DNA of 30,951 bases from a virus, in the IMG/VR virus record IMGVR_UViG_3300037509_000067, positions 1 to 30,951 of that record. The stretch is one strand, 5' to 3'. The stretch's first letter is position 1, and each line of letters starts with the position of its first letter. The notes under the pieces were generated by a model, which saw only the letters and a list, made by a program, of their open reading frames with translations, had not been told where the DNA came from and did not search any database. Positions 1-7,550 of this stretch are shown one piece after another. The position numbers and the translations under genes were made by a program.

Positions 1-2
1 AT

Positions 3-62
3 GTACTCAGAGAATACATCCGTAGTCTCAAAAAAAAGATTAAAAGTGACAACAAAGGTTAA
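3..62 (+). CDS. 3' end of a small RHH/CopG-like protein (5'-partial at window edge)
   Basis: Frame 3 reads VLREYIRSLKKKIKSDNKG*, resembling the last helix of cyanobacterial CopG/RHH proteins; only 19 codons visible. Confidence 0.4.
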   Translation, partial: VLREYIRSLKKKIKSDNKG

Positions 63-87
63 TTGGAAGCCTCCGTACCTACGGCTT

Positions 88-150
88 CCCGCCTATCCCC
101 CATACCACCAAACGCTATCGCGTTATGCTGGCAGTACCCCGGCGAAATTC
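88..150 (-). mobile_element. Possible left end of a second IS200/IS605-family element extending off the window
   Basis: CCCGCCTAT...CCGGCG layout resembles the left end at 15429-15472 (CCCGCCTTAT...ACGGCG) and follows an RHH-like gene end. Confidence 0.35.
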
Positions 151-170
151 TGATGGCTCGTCTGGTATCG

Positions 171-527
171 TCATATTCGCTCAAATCGGTAATAGTCCAG
201 TCCGGTATCAAGTCCGGCAATGATATCCATGAAGTTGTCGAGGGGGCGCGCCCAAGCCACTGACTCCGCCTTAGACCCCTTTGAATCTTTAGGGAATGGA
301 GTCGCATTGTAAGCACCGTCCGGAGTCGGTTCAATCAAAAACTTTGTATCCTCCTCGGTGTGTTGTGCAACAAAAGAAATCCAATCGTCATTTTTGCTGT
401 ACACAACAAAAGCCTCGTCTGATGCGGTGTGGGCAATCCCATACACCACATACTCCCCACCCTTGAAGTGTCGCCATTTCTCCCCTGGCTTTGGCGTGTC
501 TCGGCTTATTACCTGTTGACTTGTCAT
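171..527 (-). CDS. DUF1653 domain protein
   Basis: PGEKWRHFKGGEYVVYGIAH...VVY...WARPLDNFM motif; ATG at 527 preferred over the longer ORF. Confidence 0.75.
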   Translation of the reverse strand: MTSQQVISRDTPKPGEKWRHFKGGEYVVYGIAHTASDEAFVVYSKNDDWISFVAQHTEEDTKFLIEPTPDGAYNATPFPKDSKGSKAESVAWARPLDNFMDIIAGLDTGLDYYRFERI

Positions 528-638
528 GCTCTCTTTTCCCTCATATATCGATATGTGGTATGTCAACCGAGTTAAAATAGTAGCACCCTGATTGATTCCC
601 GTCGCCTTGGCAACTACTATACATCCCAAGAAGACGGC

Positions 639-758
639 TTACTCTTTCCCTAGAAACCCAAAAACTTCATCCTGTGGTAACCGAGCGAACCGCTCCACCA
701 ATTCGCTGCGGCTGATGCCGAGTGCGGTGGCAATGTGGTCTAGGGATGCGATCGATTG
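639..758 (-). pseudogene. 5'-truncated RHH/CopG gene remnant
   Basis: Reads QSIASLDHIATALGISRSELVERFARLPQDEVFGFLGKE*; an in-frame stop lies upstream inside the adjacent cassette. Confidence 0.5.
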
Positions 759-791
759 TGCTATGCTATGCGTATCTTTAGTGAGAGATAC
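759..791 (+). promoter_or_regulatory. Extended -10 promoter plus operator upstream of RHH-1
   Basis: TGcTATGCT (759-767) then GTATCT-N8-AGATAC (772-791), 2 nt before the ATG. Confidence 0.65.
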
Positions 792-793
792 AA

Positions 794-1015
794 ATGGAGA
801 CTAGGCAGGCTCGATACAAGAAAACACGGCAGGGCAAGCAAAAGCAGGCTGAGGCACAGCAACGCTACCTGGAGGCAACAGAGTCGTGGCAGTCATTGAT
901 TCCAGTAGAGCTATCCGATCGGGTCAAAGCGGCTATGCCAGTAGGGGTAAGCAAGTCACAGCTCATCAAGCAGCTGTTGATCAAGTTTGTAGAAAAAGAT
1001 CCTGATACCCCTTGA
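794..1015 (+). CDS. Small ribbon-helix-helix regulator with basic N-terminal arm (RHH-1)
   Basis: Strand-helix-helix pattern SWQSLIPVELSDRVKAAM..GVSKSQLIKQLLIKFV; 52/70 identical to 3830-4042 by hand count. Confidence 0.75.
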   Translation: METRQARYKKTRQGKQKQAEAQQRYLEATESWQSLIPVELSDRVKAAMPVGVSKSQLIKQLLIKFVEKDPDTP

Positions 1016-1040
1016 CGTGTATCTATAAATAAGAGATACT
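1012..1040 (+). promoter_or_regulatory. Sigma70-type promoter with overlapping operator
   Basis: TTGACG-N17-GATACT with GTATCT-N9-AGATAC at 1019-1039. Confidence 0.85.
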
Positions 1041-1071
1041 AAAAGGGTAGAGAGCAAAGGACACACAAGCA

Positions 1072-1449
1072 ATGCAGAGATACCTAAGAGTTGGATATGC
1101 CCACTACATCAACGAAGACAATGCCGTGGAATATGGAATCGCTGATGAATTCAGCAAAAAGACTGCAATCGCTGGAATGCAAGCCAGAGCAAAAGCGCTA
1201 GGGGCTACAACCAACAAGTCTCCTGAGTGGCACGGAGATATGCTGTTCTTCACTCTGTACCTACACTTCGATGTCACCAGCTACCCTAAAGATTGGTCAG
1301 CGTCGGACTTTGCCCAGGCTTATGACTTTGGCACCTGCAACCCAATCCATGACGATGACACTCAAATTAAGTCAGTCAAGATTGTCAAGGAACTTCCTGC
1401 TGGTTGCAAACTTGGCGACATGGATGAATACGTCGCAGACGAGGATTGA
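1072..1449 (+). CDS. Hypothetical acidic protein (cassette cargo)
   Basis: 125 aa ORF with AAAGGA RBS, directly after the promoter. Confidence 0.8.
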   Translation: MQRYLRVGYAHYINEDNAVEYGIADEFSKKTAIAGMQARAKALGATTNKSPEWHGDMLFFTLYLHFDVTSYPKDWSASDFAQAYDFGTCNPIHDDDTQIKSVKIVKELPAGCKLGDMDEYVADED

Positions 1450-1459
1450 AGCATTGACT

Positions 1460-1510
1460 CATCACAGCCACCCTACTGAATTGAACACTCTCAGGGTGGC
1501 TGCTACCCAC
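1460..1510 (+). repeat. 51-bp hairpin repeat, copy 1
   Basis: CATCACAGCCACCCT-loop-AGGGTGGCTGCTACCCAC; near-identical copies at 1831 and 4692. Confidence 0.9.
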
Positions 1511-1540
1511 AAACCACAAAAGAAAGTAAGCAAGACAATC

Positions 1541-1810
1541 ATGACAGAAAACAACGCGGTAAATGCCTTAGAAGATCTAGTTTGTTACATCACCGGACGA
1601 CATACGGTTTCTCACATTTCTCACATTCCTTACACTCCAAGCGGCGATAGCTTTGACGAATATGAACTGAATCGAGAGGAGCTGGATCGACTAGAAAACG
1701 AGCAAGAATACCTTAGTGAATTGCGGATGAAGTTAGACACAACAGACAAGTATGAGGATCTGGATGATATTACTTGGGCAATTTGCGAAGTCAAGGGATT
1801 ATTGAATTAA
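1541..1810 (+). CDS. Hypothetical strongly acidic protein (cassette cargo)
   Basis: 89 aa from ATG 1541; about 21 D/E versus 7 K/R. Confidence 0.75.
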   Translation: MTENNAVNALEDLVCYITGRHTVSHISHIPYTPSGDSFDEYELNREELDRLENEQEYLSELRMKLDTTDKYEDLDDITWAICEVKGLLN

Positions 1811-1830
1811 TTTCCATAGCCTTTGAACCC

Positions 1831-1881
1831 CATCACAGCCACCCTGCTCACTTAAGCACTCTCAGGGTGGCTGCTACCCAC
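1831..1881 (+). repeat. 51-bp hairpin repeat, copy 2
   Basis: CAGCCACCCTG...CAGGGTGGCTG 11-bp stem with the same flanks. Confidence 0.9.
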
Positions 1882-1911
1882 CACGTATACACATAGAGGA
1901 CAAAGAATATC

Positions 1912-2139
1912 ATGTCACAGATCAAAATCATCACTAAACCTCATTCGTTCACAACCATTCGAGCGTTAGCCTTTTTTGAGGCCAAAAACACAGCAAACTC
2001 AACCAAGAAGAGGCAAATCGTTTTTGAGGATGAGTATGGCTTCGGGTTCGTCAGTCTAGATTTCTGGCGATTCCCAGGCGAGGGAATGGATAGAATTTTT
2101 GAAGACTGCTTTAAGGTTGGGGAGGTTTGCCCAGAGTAA
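1912..2139 (+). CDS. Hypothetical protein (cassette cargo)
   Basis: 75 aa ORF with GAGGA RBS after the repeat. Confidence 0.7.
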   Translation: MSQIKIITKPHSFTTIRALAFFEAKNTANSTKKRQIVFEDEYGFGFVSLDFWRFPGEGMDRIFEDCFKVGEVCPE

Positions 2140-2150
2140 ACCACCCGCCG

Positions 2151-2178
2151 CATCCGTCTTGACTAGTCAAGACGGATG
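2151..2178. repeat. Perfect 28-bp palindrome
   Basis: CATCCGTCTTGACT|AGTCAAGACGGATG. Confidence 0.9.
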
Positions 2179-2308
2179 GTTCATTCCTACTGAGCAACCT
2201 GGAGATTACTCGGTGTCTAAAGCCTAATCGCATACCACAAAAACTCATAAATCGCCCCAAAGAATTGATCCTCGCTGGGGCGATCGCACTCACAAACCCG
2301 CAAAGGAA

Positions 2309-2821
2309 ATGAGCAACTCGATCATGCCACAAATCGTATACGACACGGAATTCTTGATCCAACTCAGAGCCACAACAATCCAAGCTGGGCACCACAAGAA
2401 CCTGATTAAAGCTATCGGAGAGGAGGAACTACTCAACCACCTCTCTACTATCTTCTGGGCACCCAAGGGACTACTAGGGCTGGACGTGACGTTAACCCCT
2501 GGAGTCGCCTCGCCCATAGTCCAAGCTGCCATGCAGGCGATAGGACTAAGTCAGCTCATTGGTTTCACCCCGCTATACCCTCGTAGCAATCCCTTCTCCG
2601 GGGACTGGGACTACGTGACCCGATGTGAGGCAATGTTGGATGAACTGGAATTGCGATACCTACCAGCCAAAGGGAGGGCACTAGACTTTTCTGGTGGTGA
2701 TGGCTGCTTCATTCTTGTGGGTGTGGGGATACCCGAAGCAATGCCTGTGCTATTCGACCAACTAAGTTGCATTGTGCTGCCAGTGACGGGTGTTGCAAAA
2801 CTGGTCAGCTTGGTAGACTGA
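2309..2821 (+). CDS. Hypothetical protein
   Basis: 170 aa ORF, no recognised motif. Confidence 0.6.
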   Translation: MSNSIMPQIVYDTEFLIQLRATTIQAGHHKNLIKAIGEEELLNHLSTIFWAPKGLLGLDVTLTPGVASPIVQAAMQAIGLSQLIGFTPLYPRSNPFSGDWDYVTRCEAMLDELELRYLPAKGRALDFSGGDGCFILVGVGIPEAMPVLFDQLSCIVLPVTGVAKLVSLVD

Positions 2822-2889
2822 AGATAACTGATTGTTTCAACCATCCCGCTACTCACTCCAAGGTGGCAGGTTTTTTTTACCCAACCCTC

Positions 2890-3264
2890 ATGTCAACCCC
2901 CGCCGCTAAGTTCTCACGCATCACCCGTCGTATCACCCTCTGGCTAGGCTCTCCCACTGCACTAATCCTGAATGTATCCATCGTTGCTGGCTGGGCAGTA
3001 GTCGGACTCATCAAAGGCTTTAGCGACACTCATCAACTGTTCATAAATACCTTCACGACCATCTGGACATACATGATGGTGACGGTGTTGCAGAACACGC
3101 AGAACCGAGACTCTAGGGCTATCCACATGAAGCTGAATGAGTTGCTATCCGTGAAGACTGAAGCGAGGAATGAACTGATTGCGCTTGAGGAAGCAGAGGA
3201 CGAGAAGCTGGATGCGATCGCTCAGGGCTTCGAGGAGCTGAAGAGGGACTGTGAGAGCGATTGA
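2890..3264 (+). CDS. Low-affinity iron permease family (Fet4-like) membrane protein
   Basis: GSP...W...G...GFSDTHQLFINTFTTI.T..MV..LQNTQNRD.RAIH.KLNELL signature; two hydrophobic segments. Confidence 0.85.
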   Translation: MSTPAAKFSRITRRITLWLGSPTALILNVSIVAGWAVVGLIKGFSDTHQLFINTFTTIWTYMMVTVLQNTQNRDSRAIHMKLNELLSVKTEARNELIALEEAEDEKLDAIAQGFEELKRDCESD

Positions 3265-3316
3265 ATTGATAGACTAGACGCAGCAGATAGTAACAACATA
3301 GCAAGTGACCCGCCCT

Positions 3317-3598
3317 TCATTCTGGAGAGTGGGTTTTTTGTGGGAGTATCAAAGGCAGTGGCTTACGCTCCCCATATTCACTCTCCAGCCAAATCTCTTC
3401 CCCCAAGTGATCGCTCAACCAGGTCAGCGGTTCTGAACCAAAACCCCCAATATCGATACTTATATATACCAAACCTGCGAGTTTTAATAGAGCCTCTTTA
3501 TTTTCGTAAAGCTCGATCAATCTTTCTTCACCATGATTGAACCAATGCTCAGAGGATTCATCCTTAGTCTTGCTGTAGTAGCCCCAATACCTGCTCAT
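3317..3598 (-). CDS. Hypothetical protein
   Basis: 93 aa ORF. Confidence 0.6.
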   Translation of the reverse strand: MSRYWGYYSKTKDESSEHWFNHGEERLIELYENKEALLKLAGLVYISIDIGGFGSEPLTWLSDHLGEEIWLESEYGERKPLPLILPQKTHSPE

Positions 3599-3764
3599 TG
3601 ATTCGCCTGCCGACAGGAATGGTCTTCGCCGCTGCGGAATGCCTTTGCATACTCCAAGCAGCGGTAATCGTCAAGAGGGTTCGCAGATTCTTCACGCAGT
3701 AGACCCCAGAGCATGAGCGTACCTTGTCGAGTAGATTCTGAGCGATCGCGGAGATGATGTTCAT
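3564..3764 (-). CDS. Hypothetical protein
   Basis: 66 aa ORF overlapping the next gene's start. Confidence 0.4.
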   Translation of the reverse strand: MNIISAIAQNLLDKVRSCSGVYCVKNLRTLLTITAAWSMQRHSAAAKTIPVGRRINEQVLGLLQQD

Positions 3765-3793
3765 GTTGTGAGTAAGTGACGCTTATCTTTTTA

Positions 3794-3827
3794 TGTTAAT
3801 GTAGGCGTATCTCTTAAGGAAAGATAC
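3794..3827 (+). promoter_or_regulatory. Extended -10 promoter plus operator upstream of RHH-2
   Basis: TGtTAATGT (3794-3802) then GTATCT-N9-AGATAC (3807-3827), 2 nt before the ATG; same geometry as 759-791. Confidence 0.7.
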
Positions 3828-3829
3828 GA

Positions 3830-4042
3830 ATGGAGACTAGGCAGTCCCGATACAAAAAGACCCCCAAAGGCAAAGCAAAGCAAGCAGAGTCGCAACAGCG
3901 CTATTTAGACTCGTCGGAGTCATGGCAGTCGTTCGTCCCAATTGAGTTATCCGAGCGAGTTAAAGCTGCGATGCCAACGGGGATGAGTAAATCTCAGCTG
4001 GTTAAGCAACTACTAACTGAATTTGTTGAAAAAAGACCTTGA
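3830..4042 (+). CDS. Small RHH regulator (RHH-2), paralog of 794-1015
   Basis: About 74% identical to RHH-1. Confidence 0.75.
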   Translation: METRQSRYKKTPKGKAKQAESQQRYLDSSESWQSFVPIELSERVKAAMPTGMSKSQLVKQLLTEFVEKRP

Positions 4043-4067
4043 CGTGTATCTCTTATTAAGGGATACT
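4039..4067 (+). promoter_or_regulatory. Sigma70-type promoter with overlapping operator
   Basis: TTGACG-N17-GATACT with GTATCT-N9-GGATAC at 4046-4066. Confidence 0.85.
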
Positions 4068-4097
4068 AGTAAATGTAGAGAGCAAAAAACACCCACC

Positions 4098-4670
4098 ATG
4101 AACGCAACAGTATTAGTAGCCAAGCATTTGCAAGTCAGCCACTGGCAGGTCACTAGGGTTGAAGAGTGGGCGAAAGTGCTGTTCGCTGTAATTAAGGGTC
4201 TGGGCGCTCGGTTTGTAAGCAAGAGGGTTCTGAAGATGGAAAGGAAAGAAGTTACACACAGCGAGTATTGCTCGGCTATAGCAAAGAAGGTTAATGAAAG
4301 GTCAAAGGATTACAATCAAGCGGCTTATTCTTACTTGACGGCTGCTATTTGGGCGAAAAAAGAGGGTGAAACTCGCGTTTACATTAACGGTGGAAAAGGA
4401 AAAGGCTTCGGTTGTTTTATTGCTTACGCTCACGAGCATGAGAGCGGCGGTGGTTCCGTCAGGTACGATGTCAAGTCTTATATTCAAGATTGGATGCGCG
4501 AGATCGTAGAGGAGGTTAACAAAGAATATAAATTGGCTCCTACTCCTCAAAAAGCGGAACTGGTTAGCAATGATGCCTTGACCTCCTATGTTACTGAGAT
4601 GTGCTGGCAGTGCCACTATAACGTAGGAGTTCCAAGTTTCAACGGACTCTGTGTCTCGTGTGTTGACTAA
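4098..4670 (+). CDS. Hypothetical protein with C-terminal CxxC...CxxC (cassette cargo)
   Basis: ATG 4098 downstream of the promoter; CWQC/CVSC at the end. Confidence 0.75.
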   Translation: MNATVLVAKHLQVSHWQVTRVEEWAKVLFAVIKGLGARFVSKRVLKMERKEVTHSEYCSAIAKKVNERSKDYNQAAYSYLTAAIWAKKEGETRVYINGGKGKGFGCFIAYAHEHESGGGSVRYDVKSYIQDWMREIVEEVNKEYKLAPTPQKAELVSNDALTSYVTEMCWQCHYNVGVPSFNGLCVSCVD

Positions 4671-4691
4671 TTCTGCAAAGCCTCCAAACTT

Positions 4692-4742
4692 CATCACAGT
4701 CACCCTGTCGAATTGAACACTCTCAGGGTGGCTGCTGCCCAC
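4692..4742 (+). repeat. 51-bp hairpin repeat, copy 3
   Basis: CAGTCACCCTG...CAGGGTGGCTG; a C>T change gives a U-G wobble on the + transcript. Confidence 0.9.
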
Positions 4743-4779
4743 TAATCAATTTTAATCTTTCAATTCAGTAGCAAAAAGC

Positions 4780-4808
4780 TTGACATATATCTCTTATTTA
4801 GAGATACT
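4780..4808 (+). promoter_or_regulatory. Promoter-operator copy with no adjacent RHH gene
   Basis: TTGACA-N17-GATACT with ATATCT-N9-AGATAC at 4787-4807. Confidence 0.85.
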
Positions 4809-4840
4809 CAAGAGAGAAGGAAAGCAAAGGAGCCGAAACG

Positions 4841-5242
4841 ATGATTACCCTAACAACCACCGAACAAACCATCACCGCAAAGGTACTCACCAAGGTCTTC
4901 GGTGGCTCCTTTATCGCTAACCAAATCACCGGACTACTGGTGGAAGGTGAATCGGTCAGAGTGGTGGTTCAGGGAACCATCTACAGCCTAGGCAAGAGCT
5001 ACTTCCGACAGCTAGTGACTGCCATCAAGGCAGCGCTCAAAGTTGCAACAGTCAACCAACAGGTCAAGCAGGCTCAGCAGCAAGCGGTAAAGGTAGCAAC
5101 AACTTTAGTGAGCTGCGTACAGTTCGCACTAGCGCTCCCTACCCTCGCTGAGGCGACTCTCTCGACACTCTGTCGCAAGGTACTCGGCAATGTCCTGACC
5201 TTACTTGGTTCAACTGACTACTCTTATTTACGAAGATCATAA
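4841..5242 (+). CDS. Hypothetical protein (cassette cargo)
   Basis: 133 aa ORF with AAAGGAG RBS. Confidence 0.75.
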   Translation: MITLTTTEQTITAKVLTKVFGGSFIANQITGLLVEGESVRVVVQGTIYSLGKSYFRQLVTAIKAALKVATVNQQVKQAQQQAVKVATTLVSCVQFALALPTLAEATLSTLCRKVLGNVLTLLGSTDYSYLRRS

Positions 5243-5246
5243 GGAG

Positions 5247-5328
5247 AGTCAACAGCCCCATCCCCTTGTGGATGGGGCTGTTGACTAAAAAATCAGCCTA
5301 CCTGTAAGCGTTAACAGGTAGGCTGATT
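5247..5328. terminator. Two tandem strong hairpins between convergent genes
   Basis: 17-bp stem at 5247-5286 followed by an A-tract; 15-bp stem at 5291-5328. Confidence 0.7.
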
Positions 5329-5344
5329 GCGTACAATACGCGCA

Positions 5345-5785
5345 CTACCCCAATCGCCCCTTCCCCGCTGCGTCTTTAATTACCTCGACTAACCTCTCCC
5401 CAATCCGCTCCCCTATCTCCTCAGCCTGAGCCTTCCCTTCCCACATCGATTCAAACCTTGCCTCAAGTTTAAGGACTTTCCTAGACAAGCTATCTCTCTC
5501 CAAAGTGGCTCTTCCCCCATCCAGCTGACTAGCCGCCATCCACGCTTCCAACTTATCCAGTCGCTCATCATTTTTACTCAAGTTCGATTGAATCAGGTTC
5601 GTGATGCCAACAGCAATTGGCATCACCACACCTACCGCACCGCCAAGGGGAATCAGAAACGACCAGTCAATTGCGACGCCGATCTGCTTGTGGGCAATCC
5701 AGCCAAGGAGGACGACTAGAGCGATCGCACCGCAGAAGTACAGGGCGATTTGTTTGAGGCGGGTAGAATCAAAGAAGGGTTGCAC
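5345..5785 (-). CDS. Two-TM membrane protein with coiled-coil C-terminus
   Basis: Hydrophobic segments IALYFCGAIALVVLLGWI and FLIPLGGAVGVVMPIAVGI, then a heptad-like region. Confidence 0.7.
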   Translation of the reverse strand: MQPFFDSTRLKQIALYFCGAIALVVLLGWIAHKQIGVAIDWSFLIPLGGAVGVVMPIAVGITNLIQSNLSKNDERLDKLEAWMAASQLDGGRATLERDSLSRKVLKLEARFESMWEGKAQAEEIGERIGERLVEVIKDAAGKGRLG

Positions 5786-6011
5786 TGCTGTCTCCCTCTG
5801 GGTCAGTTTTGATAGAGAAGAATTTGAACGAAATCTTTGGAGATAAATCCACTACGTCGCCACTCTTGAGGACTTGCCCGTGATTGAAATCAAGGAGAAC
5901 CCCATTAACCTGAACCCCATTGGCACTTGGCTTGTTGAGGGCTGACTGCAGAAAATCAACGCCAGCAGACGAGGAGAACAAAGAGTATATGGGCGGGTCG
6001 CTAGCGTCCAT
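5769..6011 (-). pseudogene. C-terminal half of an FHA domain
   Basis: KPSANGVQVNG...LKSGDVVDL motif; the N-terminal GR and SRxH motifs are absent and an in-frame TGA lies just upstream. Confidence 0.55.
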
Positions 6012-6114
6012 TGACGGAGATGTACCCGATCATCCTATTTTTATAGAGAATAGATAAAGAATCACCCAAAGTTTAAACGCGATCGGTATTGAGTTGCCGG
6101 AGGGTTGGTAAGCG

Positions 6115-6603
6115 ATGTTAAAAGCTGTAGCTTCTTTAAAAAGCGGTGGTAATCTGTATGCGTTTGGGTTGTCCGAGTCAGACTTAAACCGATTGCAATT
6201 TTACAATGAGTCAATATTTTTTGATTTTAGTTTTGCAAGACAACCTCAGCTATTTGGATTAATTGTTTATTTTTGGCAATTTGAGAAGCCCGAAGATGTG
6301 CTTGTTAATTTTGATATTGTCAATGAAAAATGCACATCTTTTTTTAATGAAAGTCGTGGTGTAACAGCGGATACATTATGTGTGTTTCCATTTGCAAGGA
6401 AAACTTTGAGTGATATTCGAGCAACACCATTTTGGGCACTTCAAACGCGTGTTCAAATTACACATCCTGGCGATATACAAACATTCTTTTCAGGACAAAC
6501 TGAAGACGCTATTGAAAAACATTTTCGTGATGCGGGTTGGATAAATTCTCAAACTCAACAAACCTACAAAGGATTCAAGATTCTACAAAAATCTGGCACA
6601 TAG
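6115..6603 (+). CDS. Hypothetical protein (AT-rich block)
   Basis: 162 aa ORF, first of three tightly linked genes. Confidence 0.75.
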   Translation: MLKAVASLKSGGNLYAFGLSESDLNRLQFYNESIFFDFSFARQPQLFGLIVYFWQFEKPEDVLVNFDIVNEKCTSFFNESRGVTADTLCVFPFARKTLSDIRATPFWALQTRVQITHPGDIQTFFSGQTEDAIEKHFRDAGWINSQTQQTYKGFKILQKSGT

Positions 6604-6606
6604 AAT

Positions 6607-6963
6607 ATGATTACCGAAGATGACTCATTAAAACATGAATTAGCCCAAACTAAGCAAGAATTGCTTGAGCTGCGAAAAGAAATAAACAAACTTCAATCAA
6701 AACGTCAACAAATATTGCATAACAGCGTTTTTATTACTATTATGCGATACGTTTTGGTTTTTTCTTTAGGTGGAATAGCATTAGTTGCTGTGGTCTTGTC
6801 TGGAGCAAACTATGAACGAAAAAGTCCAGAGGGTGAATTTGTTTCCTTTAAAGGAACAGAGTTTAAAACCGCGTTACTTGGACTTGCAACGATCGCGGCA
6901 TCTGGCGTTGGTGCTGTAGGATTTGGTGATCGCTTTATAAAAAAAGCTGAGGAAAAAGAGTGA
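6607..6963 (+). CDS. Coiled-coil plus two-TM membrane protein
   Basis: N-terminal heptads followed by two hydrophobic segments. Confidence 0.75.
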   Translation: MITEDDSLKHELAQTKQELLELRKEINKLQSKRQQILHNSVFITIMRYVLVFSLGGIALVAVVLSGANYERKSPEGEFVSFKGTEFKTALLGLATIAASGVGAVGFGDRFIKKAEEKE

Positions 6964-7550
6964 ACTTACAACCCACTAACTATCCATTGTGGTGGCAGGC
7001 TTCTCCTTCTGTCGCTGTTTATGTGCCTATCAAAAAAGAAGATTGCATCTGTATAGATGAAGATGTTCAGGTTGCGCCACCTAAATCGTTGTTAGCGCGA
7101 TCGCTTTTTTTACTGCGTCGCGAGCAAGACTTTATTGAAATTTTTACTCTTCAAGAACCTGTATTAAAGGCGTGGCATGGCATGCTACCCTCTTGTACTC
7201 CATTTAGACACGTTTTTAGATTAACCAAATTAACAGGCTGGGAAGGGAAAGATAGCAAGGGTAAAGCAATTATTCCTTTTAAGCTTAAGGGAATGAGTCA
7301 TGAGCTATGTTGTCTGTATCACCTAAAACGCGATGATAGTTGTGTGCGGCTTGTGTTTAGAATTCAGGTTGGTGCGCCTGAAAAAGTTGCGATTCAACTT
7401 AGCGAAAAAATAGTAAATGAAATGAAAAATATTCCCAGCCATCAAGGAGATTTATTAGTGCGCCCTGACGTAGAAAGCTACAAAAAAGACCTTTGGGCTG
7501 AATTTGTAGCTATTCATTTAGAAGAAATGCTTAGGGAAAAATCATTTTAG
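6960..7550 (+). CDS. Hypothetical protein
   Basis: 196 aa; GTGA overlap with the upstream stop. Confidence 0.7.
   Translation: MNLQPTNYPLWWQASPSVAVYVPIKKEDCICIDEDVQVAPPKSLLARSLFLLRREQDFIEIFTLQEPVLKAWHGMLPSCTPFRHVFRLTKLTGWEGKDSKGKAIIPFKLKGMSHELCCLYHLKRDDSCVRLVFRIQVGAPEKVAIQLSEKIVNEMKNIPSHQGDLLVRPDVESYKKDLWAEFVAIHLEEMLREKSF

Noticed and set aside
1271-1540. Long N-terminus of ORF 1271-1810
   Set aside because: Overlaps the 1072-1449 gene and runs through the hairpin repeat; ATG 1541 is more plausible.
1460-1881. Hairpin repeats as a CRISPR array
   Set aside because: Copies are separated by whole genes (320 bp or more), not 30-40 bp spacers, and no cas genes are present.
2844-2878. Terminator or riboswitch before the iron permease gene
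   Set aside because: A T-tract is present but the stem is imperfect and no aptamer is recognisable.
4023-4097. TTG start extension of 4098-4670
   Set aside because: Crosses the promoter/operator and lies upstream of the predicted transcription start.
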